A stretch of 64,000 nt of DNA from Anaeramoeba ignava BMAN (lineage: Eukaryota; Protista; Anaeramoebae). Shown here piece by piece: positions 1 to 12,573 of this stretch. The notes under the pieces were generated by a model that saw nothing but the letters and a program-made list of their open reading frames with translations, did no database searches and was not told where the DNA came from. A program made the translations under genes and the position numbers. The stretch's first letter is position 1; every line of letters starts with the position of its first letter. Where the stretch lies: contig JAPDFW010000136.1 in the NCBI GenBank assembly GCA_028826165.1, positions 558,001 through 622,000 of the forward strand, written 5' to 3'.

Positions 1-3000
1 AGAACTAACGCAACCGCAAACAGCGAAGACAGTAAAGAAATATTCGCGTTCTATATCAATGTTAGATGTGAAAAAAGTGAATGAAAAAACGAGCAGCGTC
101 CGGCAACAAATCAAAGGGTATTTAAACACGGGAAAATCACATTTAGAAGAAATTCAAGGTGAAAAAATTGAAGAAGTTGAAATGAGTCCCAGACAACTCA
201 CAATGGATCCAAAACGGCTTTATGGAAATCTCGCAAACAAAGTACAATCGCCGCGATTCTCATCCAAACAAGTGAGATTTGCGGCCGAAAACACCAGCAA
301 TGATTCAAACGAGAAGAACTCAGTTGACAAACAAAGTCCGCAATCAATGCAAATGCAGATCAATCAACTTAAGGCTGAACTTGAAGAAAAGGAAAATGAA
401 TTGCGGACTGTTGCCGAGCTTGGATTGCTTGTTTCCAAAGAAAACAAGGGGTTGATTGCCGAAATTGAGGATCTTCAGAATCAACTTTTGGATCATGAAG
501 AAGATGATAATATGCGTTTTGAATGGCAAAATATGATTGATGAACTTGAATCTGAAAAAGCTGAACTAGTCAAGAAAAACCAATATTTGGGCAAGCAAAT
601 CGAAGAGGCTACTACCACTAATTATAGTTATCTAGACCAAATTACAATTCAAGAGGAAGAAATTGAATCTTTGAAAAAAAATGAGAAGTTAGTATCCAAA
701 TTGAAGTTTGAAAACATTGAGTTAAAAAATGAAATTGATAGTTTACAGTTTTTAAAAAGTGAAATCCAGAAATTTTCTGAAGAGAAACAAGAACTTAAGC
801 ATCAGATTTCTAAGTTAGAATTAGATAAAAGTAGAATATTTAAAATATTAAAAATATTAAAAATAAATATTCAAAATATTCAAATAAATATTAAAAATAT
901 TACAAATAAATATTAAAAATATTAAAAATAAATATTAAAAATATTAAAATAAATATTAAAAATATTCAAAATAAATATTCAAAATATTAAAAATAAATAT
1001 TCAAAATATTAAAAATAAATATTCAAAATATTAATAAAAATATTTCAAAATATTAATAAAAATATTAAAAATATTAAAAATAAATATTAAAAATATTAAA
1101 AATAGATATCAAAAATATTAAAAATAAATATTAAAAATATTAAAAATAGATATTAAAAATATTAAAAATATTTAAAATAAATATTCAAAATAAATATTCA
1201 AAATATTAAAAATAAATATTCAAAATATTAAAAATAAATATTCAAAATATTAAAAATATTAAAAATATTTCAATATAAATATTTCAATATAAATATTTAA
1301 AATATTTCAAAATAAATATTCAAAATATAGGATCCCTATTAAAATCAAACGAGGAAAAAGGTGACCAATTAGATATACTTAATGTAGACTACAACTCTTT
1401 AAAATTAGAAATGGATAAATTACAATCTCAAGATAGAAAACTAAATCAATCACAATCAGAAATCAAACAACTCAAAACTCAACTTGATTGGATGGAAAAA
1501 TTCACAGTTTCATCAACAAAACTCGCAGAAACAGCCCAAAATATTATTGAACTTCGTCTTTCAGAAATGGAAAACTTAGATCAAGAAGAAAAAATAATGA
1601 ATGAAGAAGCCAAAAAAACAATATCTTTTCTGGTTCATAAACTCCCGCTTCATTTGAAAAGTAAAAACGAAACAGATGTTAGTGATGAAAATGATGAATT
1701 CGAATGGATGGATTTAGATCTCGACGATGCAAGGCAAGAAAGTGAATTCATCGCTCTTTATCAAGATTCAAAACGGAAACTTGTTTATCTTGTATTTATA
1801 AAATTTAATTTATAAAATCTAATTTATAAAATTTAATTTATAAAATTTAATTTATAAAATTTAATTTATAAAATTTAATTTATAAAATTTAATTTATAAA
1901 ATTTAATTTATAAAATTTAATTTATAAAATTTAATTTATAAAATTTAATTCATAAAATTTGATTTATAAAATTTAATTTATAAAATTTAATTTATAAAAT
2001 TTAATTTATAAAATTTAATTCAAAAAATTTAATTTATAAAATTTAATTTATAAAATTTAATTTATAAAATTTAATTTATAAAATTTAATTTATAAAATTT
2101 AATTTATAAAATTATTTAATTTATAAAATTTGATTTATAAAATTTAATTTATAAAATTTAATTTATAAAATTTTTATTAGTCGTATTTACTTGTTTTTGG
2201 AAAGCTTTATTTGGATATGGAAAGCCAAAAAAGTCTCGCAGAAAAAGAAAAAAATGAATTAAATGAAGAAATCCAAGAATTAAAAAGGAAATTAGAACAA
2301 GAAATTGAAAAGAATAATAATTTGGAACAAATTCTTCATAAAAAACTTAATGAATCCGAAAGTGGAATGAATGAACTTCAAAAGGAAAATGAAAGAAAGA
2401 TTCAGAAACTAAATGATGAATTGAATAAATCTAAAGAAAATGAAAAGAAACTTCAAAAGGATTTAAATGCTTCAGAAGGAAATAATCGACAATTACAAAA
2501 TCAAATTGAGGAATTAAAACAATCACTTGAAAACCAAAAACAATTAACTGAAAGACAACAAAATTTAAACGATTCACTTAAAAAACAATTTGAAGAAAAA
2601 CAGAAAGAAATGGAAGAAGGATTCCAAAAAGAAAAAGAAGTAAAAATTCAAAGAAAAATAATTTAATTTTAATTTTAATTTTAAATCTAATTTTAATTTT
2701 AATTTTAAATTTTTAATTTTAATTTTAATTTTAATTTTAATTTTAATTTTAATTTTAATTTTAATTTTAATTTTAATTTTAATTTTAATTTTAATTTTAA
2801 ATCTAATTTTAAATTTTGAAAAAGGAATTCGAGAATAAAATCAAAAATCTTTTGGCAAATATCCAAAAACTTGAAGAAGAAAAGAAAGATCTTGATGATT
2901 TAATCAACGGAAAATATCAACTTGAAATTGATGATTACAAATTCAAAATAAAACAACTTGGGGATAAAATTGAGGAATTAAACAACTTATTGAAAACTCA

Positions 3001-4936
3001 GGAAAACAAATTCAAAAAGGAAATTGAAGAAAATAACGAAAAATACGAAGATGAAATCAAGTCATTAAACAAAAAATTGGAACAAGAAAAAAACTCAAAA
3101 GAAAAATTAGAAGAAGAAAAGGAATTCCTAAAGAAACAACTTGAAGACGAAGAAAAAACGCGGAAAAAACTGGAAGAACAGAAGAAGGAATTAGAAACCA
3201 ACTTGCAAATAGCAAATGCAAGAGCAAATGCAGAATATCAAGAAAAAAAATCACTTGAAGAAGAAAATGTGAAGTTAGAAAAGGAAATCAAAAAACTTCG
3301 TGCAGAAATTGCAGAATTAAAGAAAAAACTAGAAGAAGCACTTTCAAAGGAGCCTCAAGTAGTAATCAAAGAGATATCAATACCGGTTCAAAGCGAGCCT
3401 GAACTACCAGAAAGAGAAATAGATCTATTGGAGCAATCAATGATTGAGTACATCAATTTCATGTTCAAATACGATCGTGATTTAATTCACATTTTGCCAA
3501 TGGGAGTCAAAACACCTGACCTCATCTCGGCAAGTTTGGACGGAGTTCTTTTGTGCAAATTAATAAATCACGCAATAACAGGAACAATTGATGAACGTGT
3601 AATCAACATGAACGACCCTTCGGAGGAGCAAATCATGGAAAATATTGTTCTTTGCTTGAATTCGGCAAAATCAATAGGATGTAATGTTATTGGGATGAAA
3701 CCCGAGCAAATTATGAAGGGAGAAGAGTCAACAATCCTCAATCTCGCATGGGAAATCATCAAGATTGGGTTGCTTTCAAATGTTTCTTTTGAAAGACATC
3801 CCGAATTGATCCAACTTTGTGTTGATAAAGAAACAATTGAAGATATCCAAAAATTATCTCCCGAAGATATTCTTCTGAAATGGTTCAACTATCATCTCAA
3901 GAAAGCCGGCCATCTCCGAAGAGTCACAAACTTCAACGAAGATATCCGCGATTCTGAGAACATTGCAGTGCTACTTCACCAACTCAGCCCTAAAAGATGC
4001 CCGATCCAGGGCTTTATCGAAGAAAGTGATTTCGACGTTCGTGCCGAACTCATTGTTGCAAATGCAGCCAAACTTAACTGCAAGTTATTTGTCTCAACAC
4101 GTGCAATTGTTTCGGGTCAATACGAACAACTCAATTTGGCGTTTATTGCCAATTTGTTTCATACTCGCTCAGGTCTACAAGCAACTCAACAAGAAATCTC
4201 GAAAACAGCGCTTCAATATGACAAAAGTGGAACAAGAGAAGAACGTGCATTCCGCATTTGGATCAACTCAATGGGTATCGAACCCAAAGTGAATAATCTC
4301 TATGAAGATCTCAAGGACGGGATTATCTTGCTCAAGGTCTTGGATCACATTGAGCCTGGTTGTGTTTCTTGGAACAGAGTCAATCTCCATCCTCCGAATA
4401 TTTATAAAAAACTCGAAAATTGCAATTACGTCATTGAAATCGGCAAAAACTTGGGTCTTCATTTGGTTAATATCTCTGGAAATAACATCCACGAAGGAAA
4501 TAAAACACTTGTTCTTGGTTATGTTTGGCAGGCAATGGAATATCACATCAAATCCATTTTGACAAAACTCAAAGTGATCCAAAGTGGGAAAATAACAGAC
4601 AGTGTAATGGTCAAATGGGCAAATGAAAAAGTTTCAAATGCAGGCAAAAAAACTCAAATTCGCAGCTTTCGAGATCGATCTATTCGCAACGGTATTTTCT
4701 TTGTTGATCTTGTTTATGCGATAAAACCTCAAGTTGTTAATTATAGTTTTGTTCAAGATGGAAGTTCTGATTCTGAATGTATGAATAATGCTCTCTATGC
4801 AATTTCTTTATGTCGTAAAATTGGTGCTGAGATTTTTGTTATTCCTGAAGATATTGTTGAAGTTAAGCCTAAAATGCTTCTTACTGTTGTTGGTGAATTG
4901 ATGAGAGTTTATAAGGAAATTCATGAAAAAAATTAA
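1..4936 (+). CDS. Long coiled-coil protein with N-terminal CC1-box-like motif and C-terminal fimbrin/plastin (4 CH) module; probably 5'-partial
   Basis: Exons (<)59-830, 1331-1791, 2181-2639, 2825-4936 join in frame across GT-AG introns (~1267 aa from ATG 59; the frame is open back to the window edge). C-terminal ~500 aa has fimbrin signatures DGVLLCKLINHAITGTIDERVIN, SAKSIGCNV, LSPEDILLKWFNYHLKKAG, GTREERAFRIWINSMG, KLENCNYVIEIGK, PEDIVEVKPKMLLT. Confidence 0.9.
831..1330 (+). repeat. Intron 1 filled with AAAATATT/AAATAAATATTC-type repeats
   Basis: GTAGAA...AATATAG; removal restores the frame; interior almost entirely tandem repeat. Confidence 0.85.
1792..2180 (+). repeat. Intron 2 filled with 14-bp tandem repeat (ATAAAATTTAATTT)n
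   Basis: GTATTT...TATTAG, phase 0; near-perfect 14-mer array from donor to acceptor. Confidence 0.9.
2640..2824 (+). repeat. Intron 3 with (TTTTAA)n
   Basis: GTAAAA...AAAAG, phase 0; CTAAT variant ~20 nt before the AG (possible branch point). Confidence 0.85.
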
Positions 4937-5089
4937 ATGAATTTAGAAAAGAGAATTGGAAAAGAAAAAAAAAAAGTTATTTAAGAATTATTTGAGTCGA
5001 ATTAGGTTTTCTTTTTATTTCATTTTCTTTTTTTTTTTTTTAATCAAAAGAAGTAAATTGGTTCGAAATAATTTTATAATTTTTTCTAT

Positions 5090-6616
5090 TCTAAATTGAT
5101 TTTAAATTGATTTTAAATTGATTTTAAAATAATTCCACTTTTTAATTAATAAATTTTAAATTAATTCTAAATTGATTTTAAATTGATTTTAAATTAATTT
5201 TAAATTGATTATTTTAAATTGATTTTAAATTAATTCCACTTTTTAATTAATAAATATTAATTGATTTTAAATTGATTTTAAATTGATATTAAATTGATTA
5301 TTTTAAATTGATTATTTTAAATTGATTTTAAATTGATTTTAAATTAATTTTAAATTAATTTTGAATTGATTTTAAATTGATTTTAAATTGATATTAAATT
5401 GATTTTAAATTGATATTAAATTGATTTTAAATTGATATTAAATTGATTACTTTAAATTGATTATTTTAAATTGATTTTAAATTGATTTTAAATTGATATT
5501 AAATTGATTTTAAATTGATATTAAATTGATTTTGAAATAATTCCACTTTTTAATTAATAAAGATTAAATTGATTATTTTAAATTAATTCCACTTTTTAAT
5601 TGATTATTTTAAATTGATTATTCTAAATTGATTTTAAATTGATTTTGAAATAATTCCACTTTTTAATTAATAAATATTAAATTGATTATTTTAAATTGAT
5701 TTTAAATTGATTTTAAAATAATTCCACTTTTTAATTAATAAATATTAAATTGATTTTAAATTGATTTTAAATTGATTTTAAATTGATTATTTTAAATTGA
5801 TTATTTTAAATTGATTTTAAATTGATTATTTTAAATTGATTATTTTAAATTGATTTTAAATTGATTTTAAATTGATTATTTTAAATTGATTTTAAATTAA
5901 TTCCACTTTTTAATTAATAAAGATTGAATTGATTTTAAATTGATTTTAAATTGATTATTTTAAATTGATTATTTTAAATTGATTATTTTAAATTGATTTT
6001 AAATTGATTATTTTAAATTGATTTTGAATTGATTATTTTAAATTGATCTTAAATTGATTTTGAATTGATTTTAAATTGATTTTGAATTGATTTTAAATTG
6101 ATTTTAAATTGATTTTGAATTGATTTTAAATTGATTTTAAATTGATTTTAAATTGATTTTAAATTGATTTTAAATTGATTTTAAATTGATTTTAAATTGA
6201 TTTTAAATTGATTTTAAATTGATTTTAAATTGATTTTGAATTGATTCTAAATTAATTCCACTTTTTAATTAATAAAGATTAAATTGATTATTTTAAATTG
6301 ATTATTTTAAATTGATTTTAAATTAATTATTTTAAATTGATTTTAAATTGATTTTAAATTGATTTTGAATTGATTTTAAATTGATTTTGAATTGATTTTA
6401 AATTAATTCCACTTTTTAATTAATAAGTATTAAATTAATTATTTTAAATTAATTATTTTAAATTGATTTTAAATTGATTTTGAAATAATTCCACTTTTTA
6501 ATTAATAAATATTAAATTGATTATTTTAAATTGATATTAAATTGATTATTTTAAATTAATTCCACTTTTTAATTAATAAAGATTAAATTGATTTTAAATT
6601 GATTTTAAATTGATTT
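5090..6616. repeat. Intergenic minisatellite: (AAATTGATTTT)n with a 14-bp variant and interspersed AATTCCACTTTTTAATTAATAAA blocks
   Basis: Directly visible 11-bp array between the fimbrin stop and the NAE1 start. Confidence 0.9.
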
Positions 6617-6777
6617 TTTTTATTTAAACGTGTTTAACTCAATTTTTTGAAATAAATAAATCATTAAAACAAAAATAAAAAAAAAAGCAAAAAAAAAATT
6701 TTTTTAAATTCTTTTTTTCATTTTCATTTTCATTTTTTTTCTTTCTCTAAAAAAAAAATTTAATAATTATAATTAAA

Positions 6778-9526
6778 ATGTTAGATGAGAAAAGTCAAAG
6801 ATATGATCGACAACTAAGATTGTGGGGAACAAAAGGACAATCAAGTCTTGAGAATGCAAGGATTTGTGTTATTAATGCGAATGCAACTTCAACTGAAACA
6901 TTAAAGAATTTAGTTTTACCAGGAGTTGGTCATTTTACAATTGTTGATAATGCTAAAATTACTTCAAGAGATCTTGGAACTAATTTTTTTATTACTTCTG
7001 ATTCAATTGGAAAACCAAGAGCAGAAATTACTAAAGACCTTCTTTTAAAGCATAATCCAAATGTTATAGGAGAAGCTGTTGTCGAGGTTTGTTTGCAAAT
7101 TCGTTTTTAAATTAAAATTAAAAATCAAAATTAAATTCAAAATTAAAATTAAAATTCAAAATTAAAATTAAAATCAAAATTAAAATTAAATTAAAATCTA
7201 AATTAAAATTAAAATTAAAATTAAAATTAAAAATTAAAAATTAAAATTAAAATTAAAATTAAAATTAAAATTAAAATTAAAAATTAAATCAAAAATTAAA
7301 TTAAATCAAAATTAAATTAAATTAAAATCAAATCAAAATCAAAATTAAAATTCAAATTAAATCAAAAATTAAAATTAAAATTAAATCAAAAATTAAAATT
7401 AAAATTAAAATTCAAAATTAAATTAAAAATCAAAATTAAAAATTAAAATCAAAATTAAAATTAAAATTAAAATTCAAATCAAATTAAATTTAAATTAAAA
7501 TTAAAATTAAATTTAAATCAAAATTAAAATTAAAATTAAATTAAAATTAAAATTAAAATTAAAATTAAATTAAAATTAAATTTAAAATTAAATTAAAATT
7601 AAATTTAAAATTAAAATTAAAATTAAATTAAAATTCAAAATCAAAATTAAAATTCAAAATCAAAAATTAAAATAAAATCAAAAATTAAAATTAAAATTAA
7701 AATTAAATCAAAATTAAAATTAAAATTAAATCAAAAATTAAAAATCAAAAATAAAAATTAAATTAAATTTAAAATCAAAATTAAAATTAAAATCAAAATT
7801 AAAATTAAAATTAAATCAAAATTAAAATTAAATTAAAATAAAATTAAATTCAAATTAAAATTAAAATTCAAAATTAAATCAAAATTAAAATTAAAATTAA
7901 AATTAAAATTAAAATTAAATTAAATTAAAATTAAAATTAAATTCAAAATTAAAATTAAATTTAAATTTAATTCAAAATCAAAATTAATCTTTTTGTTTAG
8001 GATCCTCGAGCTTTAATTAACGAAAAAATTGAATTTTTCGAAAAATTTACATTAATAATTGTATCTAAACTTGAAAGACCTTTACTTGTTAAATTAGCTA
8101 AAAAATGTTGGGATTTGAGCATTCCTTTAATCTCAATCAAAAGTGTTGGATTTATCGGATATTTAAGAATCATTTCCCCTGAACACACCGTTATTGAAAC
8201 TAAACCTGAAAATCCACCATTTGATTTTAGAATTAATGATCCTTTCCCCTCATTATTAGAACATTGCAATAGCATCAAAATGGAAGAACTTGATGAAGAA
8301 TATCGTGCACACGTTCCTTATGTTATTATTCTTGTCAAGGCAATCCAAGATTGGAAACAAAAGGTTGATATTTTTTCAAATTATATAAAAAGAAAAATAT
8401 CTCAAAATTTATATTTATATTTATTTCTCTTCATTTTTAAAAGCATGACGGAAAACTTCCAAAAACAAGAGATGAACAAAATGAATTTAAAAAGGCTGTT
8501 TACTCTTTCAAACTCAGAAACGAAGAATATAATGTTGACGAAGCCTTTGCAAATGCTTATAAGGCATGGGCAGAATACTCAATTCCATCAGATACTCAAC
8601 AAATTATTGACGATGAAAAATGCAACCAAATGAATGAAAAAACTACTCCGTTTTGGGTTTTGGCTCGTGCTGTTAGAGATTTCGTAAAGGAAGAAGGAAA
8701 AGGATATCTTCCTCTTCTCGGAACAATCCCAGACATGACAGCTGATACAAACAGCTTTTTAGCTCTCCAGAAAGTGTATAATTTTAAAAAAAAATTTTGA
8801 AATCACATGACATGAACAAATTAAATGAAACTGTTTTTTTTTCTTTTTGAAAAATTTGATTTAATTAGTTATAAAGATCAAGCAAATCGTGAGATCGATA
8901 TTATTCAAAAGAAAGTCGTTGAACTTCTCGAGAAAATTGGAAAAAAACCAGAATCTATTGAACGGGAATATATTGAATTATTTTGCAAAAATGTTATGAA
9001 TCTCCAAATGTTTAGATTCGGTTCATTAGCCGAAGAATTAGATCCAAAAAAATCCAAAATTTCTAGATATGGTAAAAATTTTATTGAATAATAATAATAA
9101 AAAAAAGAAGAAGAAGGAGAATTTATAAATAATTTATAAATAAATATTTCAAAAGATTTCGAAATGGAAAGCGAAGGAAGTACAGCAACATTCTATCTCT
9201 ATCTCCAATCATCAGAAATTTTCAACGAGAAGTATGGAAGATATCCAGGCGAAAATACAAAAGAATGGGAAAAAGATGTTCCACTTTTAAAAGAAATCAC
9301 ACTCCAATATTCCAAAGAATTTGGTCTTCCAGAAACAGTTGTTAGAGACGCAGAATCTACTGAATTTTGCCGATATGGAAATTGTGAGCTTCATAATATT
9401 GCAGCAATTATCGGAGGAATCACTGCTCAAGAATCAATCAAATTACTCACTTCTCAACTTCCTTCTTTGGATAACACTTTTATTTTCAATGGAACTCAAT
9501 GTTCTGGATTGAAACTTAAAATTTAA
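6778..9526 (+). CDS. NAE1: NEDD8-activating enzyme E1 regulatory subunit (APP-BP1/ULA1)
   Basis: RYDRQLRLWG..GQ..L, TETLKNLVLPGVG, HVPYVIIL, LPLLGTIPDMTADT, RYGNCELHNIAAIIGGITAQESIKLLT. Exons 6778-7086, 8001-8363, 8444-8775, 8869-9071, 9156-9526, all GT-AG and in frame. Confidence 0.95.
7087..8000 (+). repeat. NAE1 intron 1 filled with (AAAATT/AAAATC)n
   Basis: 914-bp GT-AG intron, hexamer array. Confidence 0.9.
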
Positions 9527-9745
9527 ACAAAAAATCAAAAAAAATCAAATCAAAAAAAATCAAAAAACAAGACAACTTCTTCTTCTTCTTCTTTTTTTTT
9601 CCTTTCATTTTGATTTTTTTCTCTTCTTTTTTTTTTTGGTTAAACCAATCAAAACAATTTCATTTCTTTTCTTTCTTTTCAACTAAAAAAAATAATCAAG
9701 AAACAAAACTTTTTCTTTTCTTTTCATTTCATTTCATGTTTCTTT

Positions 9746-10831
9746 TCAAAAATCCTCATTAAAATAATCTTCTGTTTCATTCTTATCTAAAACAGCAGCC
9801 CAACCAACAGAAGATTTCAAAGCTAAAGTTTTCTCGTCTTGATCAACACCAACAAAACCAGCATAAAATCGCATATTCACAATATCACCATTATCATTCA
9901 GAATAAAAGGAGCAGAAGAAAGACCCAAAGGGAAATGGTTCAGATTAACTTTCTTGTTTTTGCCTCTCATTCCTGGATTTTGGACATAACTTTCATCTAT
10001 CCAAAGATACGGGAAAAATGAGGTAATCCAACCATTAAGATAACGTGGACCAGAACCATGACCAGTTTTTTTACAAATTTTTTTCCAAAATTTCGGTTTG
10101 ATTTTTTCACCTTTTGCAGCTGAGACAAATTGGTCAAGAACGGGAAGCAAATGCTTAAGCCACCAGCTCATACCGAACTCAGAAAATTTCTCAGCTTTTG
10201 TTCTGATCGATATCCAGTCATCAACAGTCCCCAGCAGAGTAACCTCTGAAAGACCGCAAAGAAGATGGACGCTGTATTTAAAATATTTCTGCATAGCTTC
10301 CATCAAGATGATTTGCGAGGCGACTTTCTCGTTTTGTGTTGTTGTTGAGAAATTGGCCTCGATCAAGTCTTTTGTGTCTGATTTCAGGTTTTGATCGATA
10401 ATTTGAGTAAATTCGTTGATAACTCCCTGCCAATTATTATTTTCTTGATTCCTTTTGATTCCGTATTTGATTCCATCGATTTGGATCTCCTTTTTTCCAT
10501 CATGAGCAACGAATTGATCTCGAAATTTTTCAGCATTCAAATTGATATGAGTTGAAAATCCTTGAGCCAAAAGTATCCAAATATCATCCGGACTAAAAAC
10601 AATTGGATAATGCAGTGAATATGCTGCAAAAGCTGCTTGAACAAATCCGTTGCCGATCATCGAATTCGTTACATTTACTAAATTTTTTGCTTCACTTGTT
10701 GTTTCCACTTTTTTGTTGATTTGATCAGATAATTTTTTTTTTATCTCCATTTTCGCAAATTTTATATCAGCTAATTGGATTTTTTCTACTTGGAATTGTC
10801 TTAAAATTTGTTTTCCAAAAATTTCTTTCAT
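9746..10831 (-). CDS. DUF4419-like protein
   Basis: Intronless 361 aa; NGFVQAAFAAYSLHYPIVFSPDDIWILLAQGFSTHIN.NAE..R..FV.H.GKK, NFSTTT, M..MQKYF.Y....CG...VTL.GT..DW, GSGP.YL.GWI..F match the family pattern as I recall it. Confidence 0.8.
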   Translation of the reverse strand: MKEIFGKQILRQFQVEKIQLADIKFAKMEIKKKLSDQINKKVETTSEAKNLVNVTNSMIGNGFVQAAFAAYSLHYPIVFSPDDIWILLAQGFSTHINLNAEKFRDQFVAHDGKKEIQIDGIKYGIKRNQENNNWQGVINEFTQIIDQNLKSDTKDLIEANFSTTTQNEKVASQIILMEAMQKYFKYSVHLLCGLSEVTLLGTVDDWISIRTKAEKFSEFGMSWWLKHLLPVLDQFVSAAKGEKIKPKFWKKICKKTGHGSGPRYLNGWITSFFPYLWIDESYVQNPGMRGKNKKVNLNHFPLGLSSAPFILNDNGDIVNMRFYAGFVGVDQDEKTLALKSSVGWAAVLDKNETEDYFNEDF

Positions 10832-11419
10832 TGGAATTTTATTCTAAGTTAATTTTATATTTGATTTAATTTGAATTGAAAAAAAAAAAGCAAAAAAAAA
10901 TAAAAAAATTAAAATTTTTTTAATAAATTAATTTTTAAATTTTTTTCTAAAGCTTTTTTAAATAAATAAGTTATAATTTTATTTTCAAAAATTGATCGTA
11001 ATTGAATTAAATTAAAAATTATTATACCTTTAATATTATTTTCTGTTTAAAATTTGATCTTTTTTTATTCACTTTACAAAAAAAAAAAAATTTTTTTTAA
11101 TTAAAAAAACAAATTAATTTAAATAATAATTTTTAATAATAATTATTCATTACTCAAAATTTTTTTTTTCTTTTGAATTAATTAAAATTAAGAAAATTTA
11201 ATAAATTTGGATTTAATTAACTTTTTAAACATTAATTCTCCACTTTTTAAATATTTTGATTTTAAAAAAATTTTTTTTTTTTTTTATAAATTAAATTAAA
11301 TTAAATTAAATTAAGAAACAATTAAAAATTTTTGTTTTTTTTTTTTTTTCATTTTTGAATTGATCTTTTGTTTTTGTTTGTTATTTTTTAATTTTATTTT
11401 TAAAACGATAATTTTTAAA

Positions 11420-12429
11420 ATGGAAGAACCATTTAAAATCCCCAATATCCCAAATTCACTAGATTCAAAAGAATTATATGAATTTACAACAATGCCCAAT
11501 CATTCACTCTGGATGAATTCCACCAACATGAATCTACCGAGTCATTTACTAACTAACTTTCACCAAACACACCCCAGTTTTCATTCACACAACATGCACC
11601 ATTTCTTGAATAATAATCTGAACCATTATTATTTGAATCATCACTTATCCATTTCTAATTCAAATCCAAATGTTGATCAAAATTTGAAGAATTTCAATCC
11701 AACTTGTAATCCAAATTATAATCCAAATTATAATCCAAATATGCCCCATTCTCCATTGAATTCAACTAATAATCCAGCTTGTAATCCAATTTATAATCCG
11801 ATTTATAATCCGATGTTTAATCCGTTTATTAATTTTTATTTTGATGCTACTTATAATATCGATCAAAAAAGTAGTATTATAAACATAAGTGAGATTTCGA
11901 ATAAAAACAAAGATTTCAATAGTGAGATCGAAGATCAAAACGAAGGAGAGATAATTAATAAAGAATTAAATCCAAAAAAATTAAAAACAAATAAAAAAAA
12001 ATTAAAAGAAAATTTAAAAGAAAATAAAGAAAATTTAAAAGAAAATTTAAAAGGAAATTTAAAAGAAAATTTAAAACAAAATAAAAAAGAAAATAAAGAA
12101 CAAAATATAAAAGAAAATAAAAAAGAAAATAAAAAAGAAAATAAAAAGGAAATAAAAAAGATTCAACAACTCAAATCCTTCAAAATTTTTTAATGAGACC
12201 CCTTTCTTCAAATGAAAAACCTAATCGAAAAAACCCTTCTTTTGGTGTTATTATTGATTTATATCTTAAATCAAAAATTCGTAACAAAAAAAGTAAATCA
12301 AAACCAGCAAAATATCAAATTAATTTGAAAAAAAACGAAAAATTAATTTCTTCAGGTATTTGTTCTGAAGAATTGTGTGGTTTTATTTTGGACAGAAAGT
12401 ATCTAACTAAAAAGCCAACAAAAAATTGA
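11420..12429 (+). CDS. Orphan protein (N/H/P-rich N-terminus, KEN repeats, basic C-terminal domain) with one apparent -1 frame break near 12150
   Basis: ATG 11420 (MEEPFKIP). The frame of the 12193 ORF is open upstream to ~12145 (NKKDSTTQILQNFLMRP), so one missing A in an A-run joins both ORFs. Confidence 0.6.
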
Positions 12430-12573
12430 TTGATTTTTTTCTTTTTTTTCTTTTTTTTGCTTTTTCCTTTTTTTTTTAGATCATTGTTGAACATTTTCTT
12501 TAAAATAAACAGAAAACAACTTTCATTTTTTTTCATTTTTCATTTTTCATTTTTCCATTTTTTCTTTTTTAAA

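Noticed and set aside
5090-6616. CRISPR-like array (AATTCCACTTTTTAATTAATAAA blocks with spacers)
   Set aside because: The spacers are themselves 11/14-bp tandem repeats of variable length, no cas genes are present, and the context is eukaryotic.
12191-12195. TAATG stop-start overlap suggesting termination-reinitiation or a bicistronic mRNA
   Set aside because: The second frame is open and protein-like ~45 nt upstream of the ATG; a single missing A in an A-run explains it more simply. An A-AAA-AAG slippery heptamer is present, but such words are common at this composition.
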